A stretch of DNA of 63,733 nt, the filler included, from Calcarisporiella thermophila CBS 279.70 (Eukaryota; Fungi; Calcarisporiellomycota): assembly GCF_041956535.1 (NCBI RefSeq). It is 7 parts of 7 records of this genome, joined end to end, with 100 filler letters (N's around TTAATTAATTAA, not from the genome) between each part and the next. Parts side by side here need not be neighbours in the genome. Positions count along the whole stretch, not along the records: positions 25,249 to 42,886 come from NW_027192209.1; 6 more parts are not named here. One strand, given 5' to 3'. Under the pieces are notes generated by a model that saw only the letters and a list, made by a program, of their open reading frames with translations, did no database searches and was not told the origin of the DNA. The translations under genes and the position numbers were made by a program. Below, one piece after another: positions 25,791 through 35,750 of this stretch (position 1 is the stretch's first letter; every line of letters begins with the position of its first letter).

Positions 25791-27989
25791 TTAGTCAATA
25801 AGAGGCGTGTTGCCATAAAGATTAGCATAACTGCCCAGTGCCCAGATGGAAAAGTGGAACTTGTAGTTCGGATAACGCATTCCGCCTGGAGGGGCGAAAA
25901 CTCCCTCTAGGCCACCCGGAAGCCACTCTCCGGTCTCCTGCTGTTGCCTCATGAGATAGATGATTCCACGCTTAATGGCTTCGGTATTGCTGCACTTAGC
26001 TGCCATCAGAGCGAGAACGGCATATGCAGTGTTAGTGACCTGGCTACCATCTGGGGATTGGACATAAGCTTTTGCCTTAATACTTTCGAGCGACTCGCCC
26101 CACCCGCCGTCCGGGTTCTGGTGTTTGAGCAAGAAGTCACATGCTTTTTTGCTTGCAGCAAAGTTGTCAGCGTATTTGCCGGCGTAGGACAGACCTTGCA
26201 GGGCAAACATAGTTGCATACGTGAAGCATACTCCCCAGCACGCGTACCAGCCGCCATTCTCTTGCTGGCTAGACAGCAAATATTTTACGCAGCGGTCGAT
26301 GCAGTGTTCAATTTCCTTCGTTCGGTAATCAGGATAGGCCTTAGAAAAAGTCGCCAGGCCCATAATAACCGAGCCAGTGCACTCAGGGTACAGGTTTTCA
26401 GTCATGACATCTTCATATAGCTCAGTAATATTAAAGTACTCCATAAGTTTGGGGGCACGGATAGGCTCGTAAGCAGAATATCCTCCACCTGGGTTCTCCA
26501 TCTCTAACACCAGATCCACTGCTTGCTCCAGACGCTCGTCGGATATCAGTTTGGGTACGATATTAGCCTGTTGCAGAAGCACGATAACCTTGACTGCCTC
26601 AATTGTAGTATCTGAGACAGCGTACGACTGATCGTGTGTGCTGAATGGCCAAGCACCTTTTGTGGGCTGCCTGTAGGTGCGTTCCATCGCACGTGGGTTC
26701 TCACGAATCTGTGTGCTCTCGATGAACTCGAGTGCCTTGCGCATGATTTCTCGGTTCTCTTCGAGGGTGGCTAACCCGGCGTCGAACGCAGCCTGTACAG
26801 TAAATGTGGTGTCCCACAGCTGGGTTCCGTTGGTGCCGGAAGAAGCCAACCCTTCGCGGCACAACCACATGGGATCGATGATACGCTCACGCATGCCCCG
26901 GATCCAGTGACTGTCGCGACCATGTGCATGGTACATCGCCAGCATGTTAGAAGCAAAGCTCACCGGAGCGATGCACAGGTAATGGGTGTTTGTTACTTCG
27001 AGCTCGATCTGGAACTGTGCTTCGCGGAGCGCGAGCTTGCGAAGGAACGGAATCTTCAGTGCTTCGTAGGTGTCTAACGCCTTAGTGAATGCGCGCCGGT
27101 ACCATGTGTCAGGTGTGTAGCGATCGGCGCTGCTGATGTTGTCCCGTTGCGCATACCAATCGATACTGTCGTACGGCTGGTCGTAGAGCTCCTTGCGTAG
27201 CGCGTTCGTCAGGTCGTTCAGCGGCATCTTGAACCGATGGCCATACAGATAGCTCATGCTGACAAAAACGTTGCGTGTGTGCACCCACCATTTGCCTGGG
27301 TTGAGTGGTGAAAAGGTTGGGGCCAACAAAGGCTCTGGGGGTAGGGGGTGCATGCCCTCCCACTCGTAGACGCCGAGTACGCATAGCCAGAACTTGCCCC
27401 ACGTTGGGATTGCACGCGCGCTGCCCAGCTCGTGCAATCTGCCTCGCGCCTTGGCCAATACCGGATGATTAGGACCCAAGCCGAGGATACGCAACATAAT
27501 GTAGTTCATAGCAGTGCCAAACACAGTAGAGTTGCTTTGGATGAACAGTCCCCACCCGCCTTCGTCTTCATTGGCCATGTTCAGCAAGTAACGGCAGAAT
27601 TCTTTTTTGATGTGCTCGTCAAAGTCAATGCCCATGATATAAGATGCAATTACGATGCCGCTAGTTACAAAGAGCGGGCCATCATCATTGCAAGCCCAGT
27701 GACCATCCTCAGCCTGCAGTCGCTTGAAGAATTCCCAGCCGTTTTTTGCTGCCTGCATGGGTTTCATTGCTTTCGGAAGTTTGAGCATGTCCAATGGCAA
27801 CCCTAGCCAATACTTCTCCAAAAAACTCTGTGGCCGCCTCTTGACCTCTTCGTCGTCGGTCAGGTATTCCCAGACGTGACGTCCATTGTAAACGTTGAGT
27901 CTCCACCGCCTGAGATCTGTACGGAACTCGCTTGCTGCTTTGTTGTCAGTAAAGCAGGTCTGCACGCTTTCAACGCTGCTATCTGTCAT
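25791..27989 (-). CDS. helA: 2,3-oxidosqualene cyclase, protostadienol synthase type (HelA/FusA/PdsA-like), intronless, 732 aa
   Basis: QW repeats (LQAEDGHW, QQENGGW, HQNPDGGWGES, QQETGEW), WWVHTR, SDTTIE catalytic motif, and C-terminal EGVFAPPGGMRYPNY, the signature that separates protostadienol synthase from lanosterol synthase (NKSCAIS). Confidence 0.93.
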   Translation of the reverse strand: MTDSSVESVQTCFTDNKAASEFRTDLRRWRLNVYNGRHVWEYLTDDEEVKRRPQSFLEKYWLGLPLDMLKLPKAMKPMQAAKNGWEFFKRLQAEDGHWACNDDGPLFVTSGIVIASYIMGIDFDEHIKKEFCRYLLNMANEDEGGWGLFIQSNSTVFGTAMNYIMLRILGLGPNHPVLAKARGRLHELGSARAIPTWGKFWLCVLGVYEWEGMHPLPPEPLLAPTFSPLNPGKWWVHTRNVFVSMSYLYGHRFKMPLNDLTNALRKELYDQPYDSIDWYAQRDNISSADRYTPDTWYRRAFTKALDTYEALKIPFLRKLALREAQFQIELEVTNTHYLCIAPVSFASNMLAMYHAHGRDSHWIRGMRERIIDPMWLCREGLASSGTNGTQLWDTTFTVQAAFDAGLATLEENREIMRKALEFIESTQIRENPRAMERTYRQPTKGAWPFSTHDQSYAVSDTTIEAVKVIVLLQQANIVPKLISDERLEQAVDLVLEMENPGGGYSAYEPIRAPKLMEYFNITELYEDVMTENLYPECTGSVIMGLATFSKAYPDYRTKEIEHCIDRCVKYLLSSQQENGGWYACWGVCFTYATMFALQGLSYAGKYADNFAASKKACDFLLKHQNPDGGWGESLESIKAKAYVQSPDGSQVTNTAYAVLALMAAKCSNTEAIKRGIIYLMRQQQETGEWLPGGLEGVFAPPGGMRYPNYKFHFSIWALGSYANLYGNTPLID

Positions 27990-29822
27990 AGTTTATTTGT
28001 GTAGGTTTATGATTGTGTGTGTAAATATATATGGCTGAGAAGCTGTATGTAATAGTATGAAAAACTATAGAGTGAACAGACAAAAGTGCATTAAAATATG
28101 ATCACTATGACAGGAGAATCAAGTGTAAGAAAGAAAACTCTATATACAACAACCGAAGTGGTAGTTAGTGATAAAGTCCCGGGGAGTTCGATAAAAGCGG
28201 TTAGGTCTTACTTCATATTGCCCTGCGGTGTTATTGGGTAGGTATCCTAAGAGAGGAAAAATCGGAGCGGTGAGCCTCCTCTTTTAGTGGCGAATCTTCA
28301 GTAAAGTGGGGCAAGTTGTACCGGAACAAAAATGGCTAAATTCAAATTCGTCGGAATCATGACTCATTGCCGAATCACCATTCAGCTGGGGCCAATTCAA
28401 TAATAAGCCCACCGTATCCGAAGATTCATTCGAAATGGGCTAGACAGTCACTAGCCCATTCTTCACGATCTCACCCTTCTTTCTCTTTGGAAGGCTAAGG
28501 TATATTACCGCAACATATCGGACTACAGAATTCCCCATGTATGTCCCTTAACGCATGTTCGTTTTCTTGCAGGCAATTGACGGATGACTCCCGAAACCAC
28601 TACATTTGAAAAGTGCATCGATGTCAGAACTTGCAAATAAAAGAGGCGGAGCTGTAAGAGGCAAAGCACAATGATTTTCTATGTATTGAGAATTATGAAA
28701 CTCTACAATAATTTGCACGTCATTTTCACTGTCGAAAATTTTGATACGCATTTGATGAGATGGAAATAAAATATCAGCCGCAACGTCACCTATGTAGTAT
28801 TTGGCAAATGCTTAAATTTCAATCATAATTTGCACTGTGTTTGACACAGAATCAAAGGCAACATGTTGCATAGAAAATTAAAAGTTGAAAGCTTCAACCA
28901 ACAAAATAAACATGGAAAGACGTGGAAACATGGTTTTTAATGGGGTTTTAGGTTAACAACACAAATATGCTTAACTCTTTCCGGCCGTTTGAAATTCGAA
29001 TTTTAAAATTTTAGAAAGAGAAGGTTGTGAAACGATTTACCTTTGAATTGTACTTCTCGGAACGCTAATGCAGAGATTCGGATGCTGGGCGGGTGTAGCG
29101 AGATCGAGATCAGGAGAGAGTTAGTGCGTGACGAGGAGGCCCAGATTAATGAATGTGAACCTTGCGTGCCTGGTATTAGCTCAGAAAACTTATTCCATAC
29201 CAGAATCGTCTCCTTCCTATAGTCATCCTAACCCAATTGTGTGACTGCGTTGCTTTTTTCCTCAATCGGTTACCAAGTCAACTGAGTTGTCTCTAGAGGT
29301 TGTAGGTAGGAAGCTGCCACGAGTCATTATTTTTCTTCCAGAGCACGAATTCTAACTAATATGTTTGTATCATATCCGTTTCTTGCTTCAATTGAAACTT
29401 GGGCAAGAAAAATTTAATTTGCAACCCAAAATATTGGTTACATTCATATATAGTACAATTAGGTAATCTGTGGTATTTCTACGTTACTTTCAGTCCAAGT
29501 TTTTACATATTCTGTCATATTGCCTTTTATCTACGTATTCCTTTGTCTTGCCCGGGTTTTTAATTGTTTTCCAATTCAATTGGATTTTAAGCATTGATTC
29601 TCAACAAGAGACAAGAATGTAAACTTTTAGCATTAAAAATTAGAAATATTGGCACCAAGTTCATACAGCCCAATTAATATAACATCATTATGAATTTACA
29701 TTTTTGCCAGTTTTATAATGAATGAAATTTTTGAGGAAAAAGAAGTAATATGTTATTAGCTTAGTAATCGCAATTGTAAGTGATAAAGGAAGAAAAACAA
29801 AAAAAGTGTTGAACAAATATCT

Positions 29823-31403
29823 TTAAACCTCGGTACGTTTAGTGATAATCATACGACAATCACGCTCTGGTTTGGCGGGGAATGAAGCAATGAAGCACTT
29901 CGCGGGCAACAACTTAGGAAGTCCATCTTCGTCAACATTGTGTGGACCGAAGATACTATCCTTGGGGAGAGAGATGTTATAGTCCTTGAGTATGTTTGCT
30001 ACGATAGCTAGCATCTCAACCCACGCGAGGTTGCGACCAATGCAGAAGCGATGTCCAAAAGAGAAGGTGAATAGATTGCGCTTGGCCACATCGTTGCCCA
30101 AGAATCGAGTTGGATCGAAGCGGCGAGGGTTTTCCCAGATGTCTTTGTGCATGTTGGGGGAGCGCAAGTTTACGTAAATTTCCACGCCCGGAGGAATATA
30201 GTGGCCCTGGATCGTTATACCTTTCGAGTAGGAAATACGGGGTGTCAATCCAGAAGTAGTAGGAGACTGACGTAGTGCCTCGTAGACACAGGCTTCGACG
30301 AATGGCAACTGGTTACGGACATCGGAATAGGTGATGAGGTGGTCGAGGGGGAATTGGCTGCGAACTTCCTCGACAGCGCGGCGAAGATGCTCGGGGTAGA
30401 GCAGCAACAGATGAAGGGTATACATTATTGCAGAGGAGGTTGTCTCGCTTCCGGCAAGCATCATCATGATACTCTCAGACTGCACTTCATGAGGAGTCAT
30501 CTTGATTTTGGACTCGGGGTCTTCAGCATCGATAAAAGCTTGCAACATGTCGATTGGCTTTTCGTATTTCTCCTCGGCCAAGAGCTTCTTGCGCATATCA
30601 ACAGATTCCTTGCTATAAACGGCCAAATCCTGGTATAATCTCTTCCAAGGTTGGATGATGACGGAGAAAGGCAACACCGCGAGAAGAAGGAGGACGATAG
30701 GGTTGTCCAAGAGTGTCATGGTTGCGCTTGACCACTTGATGACAGAAGTGCTGCCTTTAAACAGAGAATTGAATTTCCGTCCGAACGCTAATGCACTCAT
30801 GATATCGAAAGTGGCAAGCTGGGTATCAATTCGGTAGTTGACCTCGGTGGGTTTGCCGTCATTCTTCGCAATCAGCTCATCCCACTTGTATTTGATAGCC
30901 TGGATGCCATGACGAAGAATCAGTGGCTCCATCTTGCTCAAGAAGGTGTAGTTGAAGTAAGGGCCGATTTGTCGTCTCCTGCGATTAACAAGTTCGGGTT
31001 CTTTGAGCGATACAATGTTAGGGGTACCATAATCTTCGAAAATATCGAAAAAGTCGGCCTTTCTAAAGTCCTGGGAGCTAAGGACAGCACGGATATCAGA
31101 TGGGTTACTGATACAAACACCATTCGGCTTGAATACGTAGACATCACCGTAGGTTTTGCAGTCGGCTTGAACAATGTTATCGACGTTGCCAGAGAAATTG
31201 GCCAGGTTACCACGTTTTTCAGTGATACGAGCGAGAAGGGGGCCAGGGATATTGCGTAGAGGTGAGAAAAATAGTGCGTAGATGAGACGCCAGGCCACCA
31301 GAAGGCAAAACAAAGTAGCCAGGGTACGAGCGTACCCAAACTCATGGAGGGCAGCTTGAACTTGGGCAGTCAGGTTCAGCCAGTTGATGCTGAAAGCTAG
31401 CAT
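29823..31403 (-). CDS. Cytochrome P450, HelB/CYP5081-like paralog 1, intronless, 526 aa
   Basis: Start MLAFSINW matches paralogs 2 and 3; LAGSETTS, EALR, FSFGHRFCIG heme motif; family assignment from recall and context. Confidence 0.9.
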   Translation of the reverse strand: MLAFSINWLNLTAQVQAALHEFGYARTLATLFCLLVAWRLIYALFFSPLRNIPGPLLARITEKRGNLANFSGNVDNIVQADCKTYGDVYVFKPNGVCISNPSDIRAVLSSQDFRKADFFDIFEDYGTPNIVSLKEPELVNRRRRQIGPYFNYTFLSKMEPLILRHGIQAIKYKWDELIAKNDGKPTEVNYRIDTQLATFDIMSALAFGRKFNSLFKGSTSVIKWSSATMTLLDNPIVLLLLAVLPFSVIIQPWKRLYQDLAVYSKESVDMRKKLLAEEKYEKPIDMLQAFIDAEDPESKIKMTPHEVQSESIMMMLAGSETTSSAIMYTLHLLLLYPEHLRRAVEEVRSQFPLDHLITYSDVRNQLPFVEACVYEALRQSPTTSGLTPRISYSKGITIQGHYIPPGVEIYVNLRSPNMHKDIWENPRRFDPTRFLGNDVAKRNLFTFSFGHRFCIGRNLAWVEMLAIVANILKDYNISLPKDSIFGPHNVDEDGLPKLLPAKCFIASFPAKPERDCRMIITKRTEV

Positions 31404-31455
31404 TGTCAGAAGTGTGAAAAAGCTCCTAAAGAACTGGATGGCTGCTTTGTAGTAG
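31404..31455 (-). promoter_or_regulatory. Conserved 5' leader shared by the three cluster P450s (copy 1)
   Basis: ctactacaaagcagccatccagttctttaggagctttttcacacttctgaca-ATG; homologous to 34781-34832 and 35698-35750. Confidence 0.75.
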
Positions 31456-31800
31456 GAAAAAAAGTAAGTGTTTTTTAAGAAAGGGAAGAAAAAACAGAAC
31501 GAGAACGTAAGGAGTGTGAGTGTACCTCGGGATCTGCAGAGGCTTCGCATCGGAGAAAGAGGATGGATCGAGAACTTAGTAGTGTAACATGGCAAATGGA
31601 TCACCAGATAGAGTTGATGATTCATCGGTTCCAGAATCATACTCCAGTAAGGTGCCGAAAATTCGTAACTAACCCTATGCGTAAGTGACTCTCCGCATCC
31701 TTATTTCTAACTCAACTCTTAAGTCCTTGCGCCACTGACATTCCTATCTCGCTAAATTTTTTTAGCTAAAACCAGCTGTTACCAGCTCACACATTTAACT

Positions 31801-32580
31801 ATGTCAAACTTTACCAACGTAGCCATTGTCACTGGCGCTGCCCAAGGTGTGGGTCTTTGCATCGCAAAATCATTGGCCAAACGTGGTTATAAAGTGGTCA
31901 TCAGCGATGTTGAGATAGAGAAAGGCCAACAGGCTGCTGCCGAGGTTAACCAAGAGCACGGGGAGGGAACCGCCACATTTGTTCGCTGTGACCTGACCAG
32001 CACTAGCGACATCGATAACCTGCTTGCCACCGCCATCGAGAAGTTTGGCAGCTACTCTGTGCTTGTCAACAATGCTGGTTTTCTGCGCGCACCATTCATG
32101 GCCATCTCGGCCAAGGACATCGAAGCCACCATTGCTGTCAACCTCACTGCACCCATTTACGCGACACGGCAAGCCATCAGATATTGGAATGAAAACCCTC
32201 ATGTCAACGGCCAGGTAGTCAGCGTCACTTCGTCGTCTTCATTCAAAACTTATGCCAGTATCGCTGCCTACGGAGCAGCCAAGGCTGGTGCAGCACAGTT
32301 TACCTTCGCTTCTCGCGCGTTTGGGCCCAAGATCCGTATTAATGCCGTCGCACCCACAGCCATCGCCACCAATTTTGATAAGAACAAGATGCGAGTGGAA
32401 ACCGATAAAACCGGTCCTGGCTACGTACCAGAGGAAGAGATGCGTGCCATGGGCTTGAAGAGGTTGTCAGTCGAGGATGTTACTAATACGGTTCTCCGTT
32501 GCATCGACGACGACTCTTTGTACGGAAACGTCCTTTATATTGATGCTGTCGAGGGGCTTAAGATCAGGTCAGAATTTTAG
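31801..32580 (+). CDS. Short-chain dehydrogenase/reductase, HelC-like, intronless, 259 aa
   Basis: TGAAQGVG, CDLT, LVNNAG, TSSSS, YGAAK, INAVAP; divergent from P450 paralog 1. Confidence 0.9.
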   Translation: MSNFTNVAIVTGAAQGVGLCIAKSLAKRGYKVVISDVEIEKGQQAAAEVNQEHGEGTATFVRCDLTSTSDIDNLLATAIEKFGSYSVLVNNAGFLRAPFMAISAKDIEATIAVNLTAPIYATRQAIRYWNENPHVNGQVVSVTSSSSFKTYASIAAYGAAKAGAAQFTFASRAFGPKIRINAVAPTAIATNFDKNKMRVETDKTGPGYVPEEEMRAMGLKRLSVEDVTNTVLRCIDDDSLYGNVLYIDAVEGLKIRSEF

Positions 32581-33199
32581 TGCGTCTTCAGAGTCGAGTT
32601 AGGAGTTCAGATTAAGCTGGATTAACGCACGCAGCCAATCCCTTTTTTAAATAACCCTTTATTTTAGTAGAGATGGGTGAGCCAAGACTGTAGAAAAACT
32701 CAGTATAATAGAAACCTAGAAAATTATATCTGTGTAATTTGAAATCAAAACAAGCGATGCTACCAATACTTTTAAAGTAAAAATGTAAAATGCAGCATTT
32801 TGCGGTAACCAATTTCAATAACAAATATGATTCTCGTATTCATAGTAAAATTTTCAGAGGATCGCTTATACATAGCTGGATGCTGATGTAGGAAACTGGA
32901 CTCTCGGAAACTCTCCCCCTTGACTCCCAGTGATGCACATTGCACACTCCTGCCTCTTTTAACCATCATTTCCCCAATTCTTTATCTACTTTTTTAGCAA
33001 TTAAATTTTTCATTTTGATATCTACATCAACGATTTCATGTGCACAGTGTTATGTTAAACCGCACTTCAATGCGCGTGTATTTGACATTATATAAATAAA
33101 AAGGTAGGGTGGTGATATATTAACAATGGTGTGAGAAAGCTCAGTAAAATGTCAAAGAAATACGGTCGTGTGGCAGAAAGGAGAAGAACCCGAGAAAAA

Positions 33200-34780
33200 T
33201 TATGCCGCAATGCGCTTGGAGATTATCAGTCGGCAGTCGCGATCGGGATGTGTCGGTGCGAAGACGATGTGGCATTTAGAGGGCATCAGCTTCGGGACTC
33301 CATTCCCGTCAACATTGTGTGGGCCGAAAATGTTGTCCTCGGGAAGCGATATGTCATAGTCCTTGAGTAAGTTTGCGGCAATAGTCAGCATCTCAACCCA
33401 TGCGAGGTTGCGACCAAGACAAATGCGAGGCCCGTAAGAGAAGGCGAATACGTTGCGCTTAGCCTCTTCATTATTCATGAAGCGATCAGGGTTGAAGCGG
33501 TGAGGTTCATCCCAAAGATCCTTGCGAACGTTGATCGCGCACAGGTTAAAGGCAATTTCAACCCCTGGCGGAATGTAGTGGCCTTGTATGGTGATTCCTT
33601 TAGTGTATGAGATTCTGGGCATGAATCCAGATGTGATAGGTGAATAGCGTAGTACTTCGTATATGAATGCTTCAAGGTATGGAAGCTGGGTGCGACACTC
33701 GTTGTAGGTGATGAGGTGGTCGAGCGGGAATTGACTGCGCACTTCTTCGACAGCACGGCGAAGGTATTGTGGGTACAGAGTTAGCAGGTGGAGTATCCAG
33801 GTAAGAGAAGTGGAAGTCGTCTCGCTACCAGCAAGTTGCATGCCAACACTCTCGGCCTGCACCTCGAGAGGTGTCATCTTGATCTTGGACTCGGGGTCTT
33901 CAGCATCGATAAAAGCTTGTAGTAGATCTGACGGCTTACCTTCAGTGCTCTGTGCCAGGAATTCCTTGCGTAGAGCAACCGACTCTTTGCCAAATTCAAC
34001 AAAATCGCTATGCATCTTCAACCAAGGCCGGATGAGTAGAGAAAATGGGAATGAGGTGAGAAGGTTAAAATTTATTCGGACTCCCACGTATACCGCGGTT
34101 GCAGCAATCCAGTTGACTATTGTAGAGTTATTGTTGGCCAGCGAGTTGAATTCCCGACCGAAAGCCAGCGCGCTCATAATATCGAAAGTAGCAAGTTGCA
34201 GGTCATGGCGGTAGTTGATCTCGATGGGCTTTCCACCGTTCTCCGCAATTAACCCATCCCATTTGGCTTTGATCGCCTGGATGCCGTTGCGAAGAACCAG
34301 CGGCTCCATTTTGGATAGATACCCGTGATTGAAGTATGGGCCGATCAGGCGTTTTCTCCGACTGGCAAGTGACGGCTCGCTAAATGTCACTATATTGGCC
34401 ATGTAGGGATCGTTGAGGTCCCGATATATATCAATCTTTCTGAATTCTGGCGAACCAAGGACAGCCCTGATATCAGATGGGTTGGTGATGCAGACAGTGT
34501 TTGGTTTAGAGACGTAGATGTCGCCATATTTCTCGAAGTCTGCAATTGCCGCCTTAATTACCCTGGTAGGCGCACGATTGTATATGGCACGCTTATCAGT
34601 GATACGGGAGAGTGGCGGGCCTGGGATATTGTGCAGACGCGACAAAAAGAATGCGTAGGTTAATTTCCATGCCATCTGCAGACCCAACAAGGTTGCTAGA
34701 AAACGGATATACCCAAACTCATGGATGAATGAGTGAGCCTGAGTAAACAAGGCCGGCCAGTTAATGTTGAAAGCTGGCAT
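33200..34780 (-). CDS. Cytochrome P450, HelB/CYP5081-like paralog 2, intronless, 526 aa
   Basis: MPAFNINW start; LAGSETTS, EVLR, PDRF, FSYGPRICLG heme motif. Confidence 0.92.
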   Translation of the reverse strand: MPAFNINWPALFTQAHSFIHEFGYIRFLATLLGLQMAWKLTYAFFLSRLHNIPGPPLSRITDKRAIYNRAPTRVIKAAIADFEKYGDIYVSKPNTVCITNPSDIRAVLGSPEFRKIDIYRDLNDPYMANIVTFSEPSLASRRKRLIGPYFNHGYLSKMEPLVLRNGIQAIKAKWDGLIAENGGKPIEINYRHDLQLATFDIMSALAFGREFNSLANNNSTIVNWIAATAVYVGVRINFNLLTSFPFSLLIRPWLKMHSDFVEFGKESVALRKEFLAQSTEGKPSDLLQAFIDAEDPESKIKMTPLEVQAESVGMQLAGSETTSTSLTWILHLLTLYPQYLRRAVEEVRSQFPLDHLITYNECRTQLPYLEAFIYEVLRYSPITSGFMPRISYTKGITIQGHYIPPGVEIAFNLCAINVRKDLWDEPHRFNPDRFMNNEEAKRNVFAFSYGPRICLGRNLAWVEMLTIAANLLKDYDISLPEDNIFGPHNVDGNGVPKLMPSKCHIVFAPTHPDRDCRLIISKRIAA

Positions 34781-34832
34781 TGTTAGAAGCAAGAAAAAGT
34801 GCTTTAAGAACTCGATGGCTACTTTGTAGTAG
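34781..34832 (-). promoter_or_regulatory. Conserved P450 5' leader (copy 2)
   Basis: ctactacaaagtagccatcgagttcttaaagcactttttcttgcttctaaca-ATG. Confidence 0.75.
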
Positions 34833-35697
34833 CAAATAAAAGTTAGAGGGAAACAAGGAGAAATGAAAATAGGTGGTAAGTCCTAGCCATGTTAGTCATA
34901 ATTCCGCCCGCCTGCACACAATTTGTATCGAAGTTTGCCACGCAGTGTGAAGGGTGATTCATAATTCTCCCAGTTTGTCTGATGTGAATCCGCAAAATTC
35001 TAGTAGTGCACATGTCAAATCCAACTACAAGCGGGTAATGATGGAATTAATTAGACCATATAGTGTAACGTTGATACCGTGAATGGCGATTAACTTAACA
35101 GGGTCTTCGAAGGACAAAGCCACACGTCTAATTCGTCTGATCTATATCCACAAAGTTCGTGAACACAGGGCAAACCTAGTTTCAAGCGGAGGACTATTTT
35201 TGATCCAGTTTTACCTCGGATTAATATTGATTCATATATCTTAATTCCTCGCTCTCTTCAGAGCAGAGCGGGACAATACCAGAGGCCTCAGAATAAAGAA
35301 AAAAAAAATAACCTCTCAGCAAGCTATCTACGCACTAGCTTCAGGATTAGTTTGGACTCTCTCTCAGTGTGCTCTTTATTACATATACAAGAACCTCGCT
35401 TGTCCATAGACGAAGAGGCCTTCTCAGTAAAAGAATTCACGCAAATCCTATCTTTGCTTCCCCGTTATCTATTCTGTCTAATACGATTTAGTGGAAACAA
35501 TTTCGGACAAACAAGCGCAAATCCCGACCTTGGGAGGATTTACGATTATTTTGTGTAAGATTGCGTTGGGCGTTGCATATTCGTCAACCGCTACAGTCTT
35601 GCGGGGCTAAGGGAATGACTAATCTCCTATGCTTCTCCTTGCAGCTTTGCAGCGCCTTCCGACTTTTTTTTTCTTCCGCCCTTTTTCCTTTCTTTTT

Positions 35698-35750
35698 CTA
35701 CTACAAAGCAACCATCCCGTTCTTTTTGGCGCTTCTTCACATTTCTGGCG
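35698..35750 (+). promoter_or_regulatory. Conserved P450 5' leader (copy 3)
   Basis: ctactacaaagcaaccatcccgttctttttggcgcttcttcacatttctggcg-ATG; 1 nt longer than the other copies, so not an in-frame extension. Confidence 0.75.

Noticed and set aside
25791-27989. Housekeeping lanosterol synthase in an ergosterol gene cluster
   Set aside because: APPGGMR and DTTIE motifs, absence of introns and the tailoring neighbours argue against; the MT is not Erg6-like and the P450s lack CYP51 features.
28000-29800. Hidden gene between OSC and P450 (ORF 28548-28751) and CGG-type regulator sites
   Set aside because: No recognisable motif or splice pattern; CGG/CCG triplets show no consistent spacing by eye.
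31404-31640. 79-aa N-terminal extension of P450 paralog 1 in the ORF track
   Set aside because: Paralogs start at the equivalent M(L/P)AF-INW, and the homologous leader is out of frame in paralog 3; start placed at 31403.
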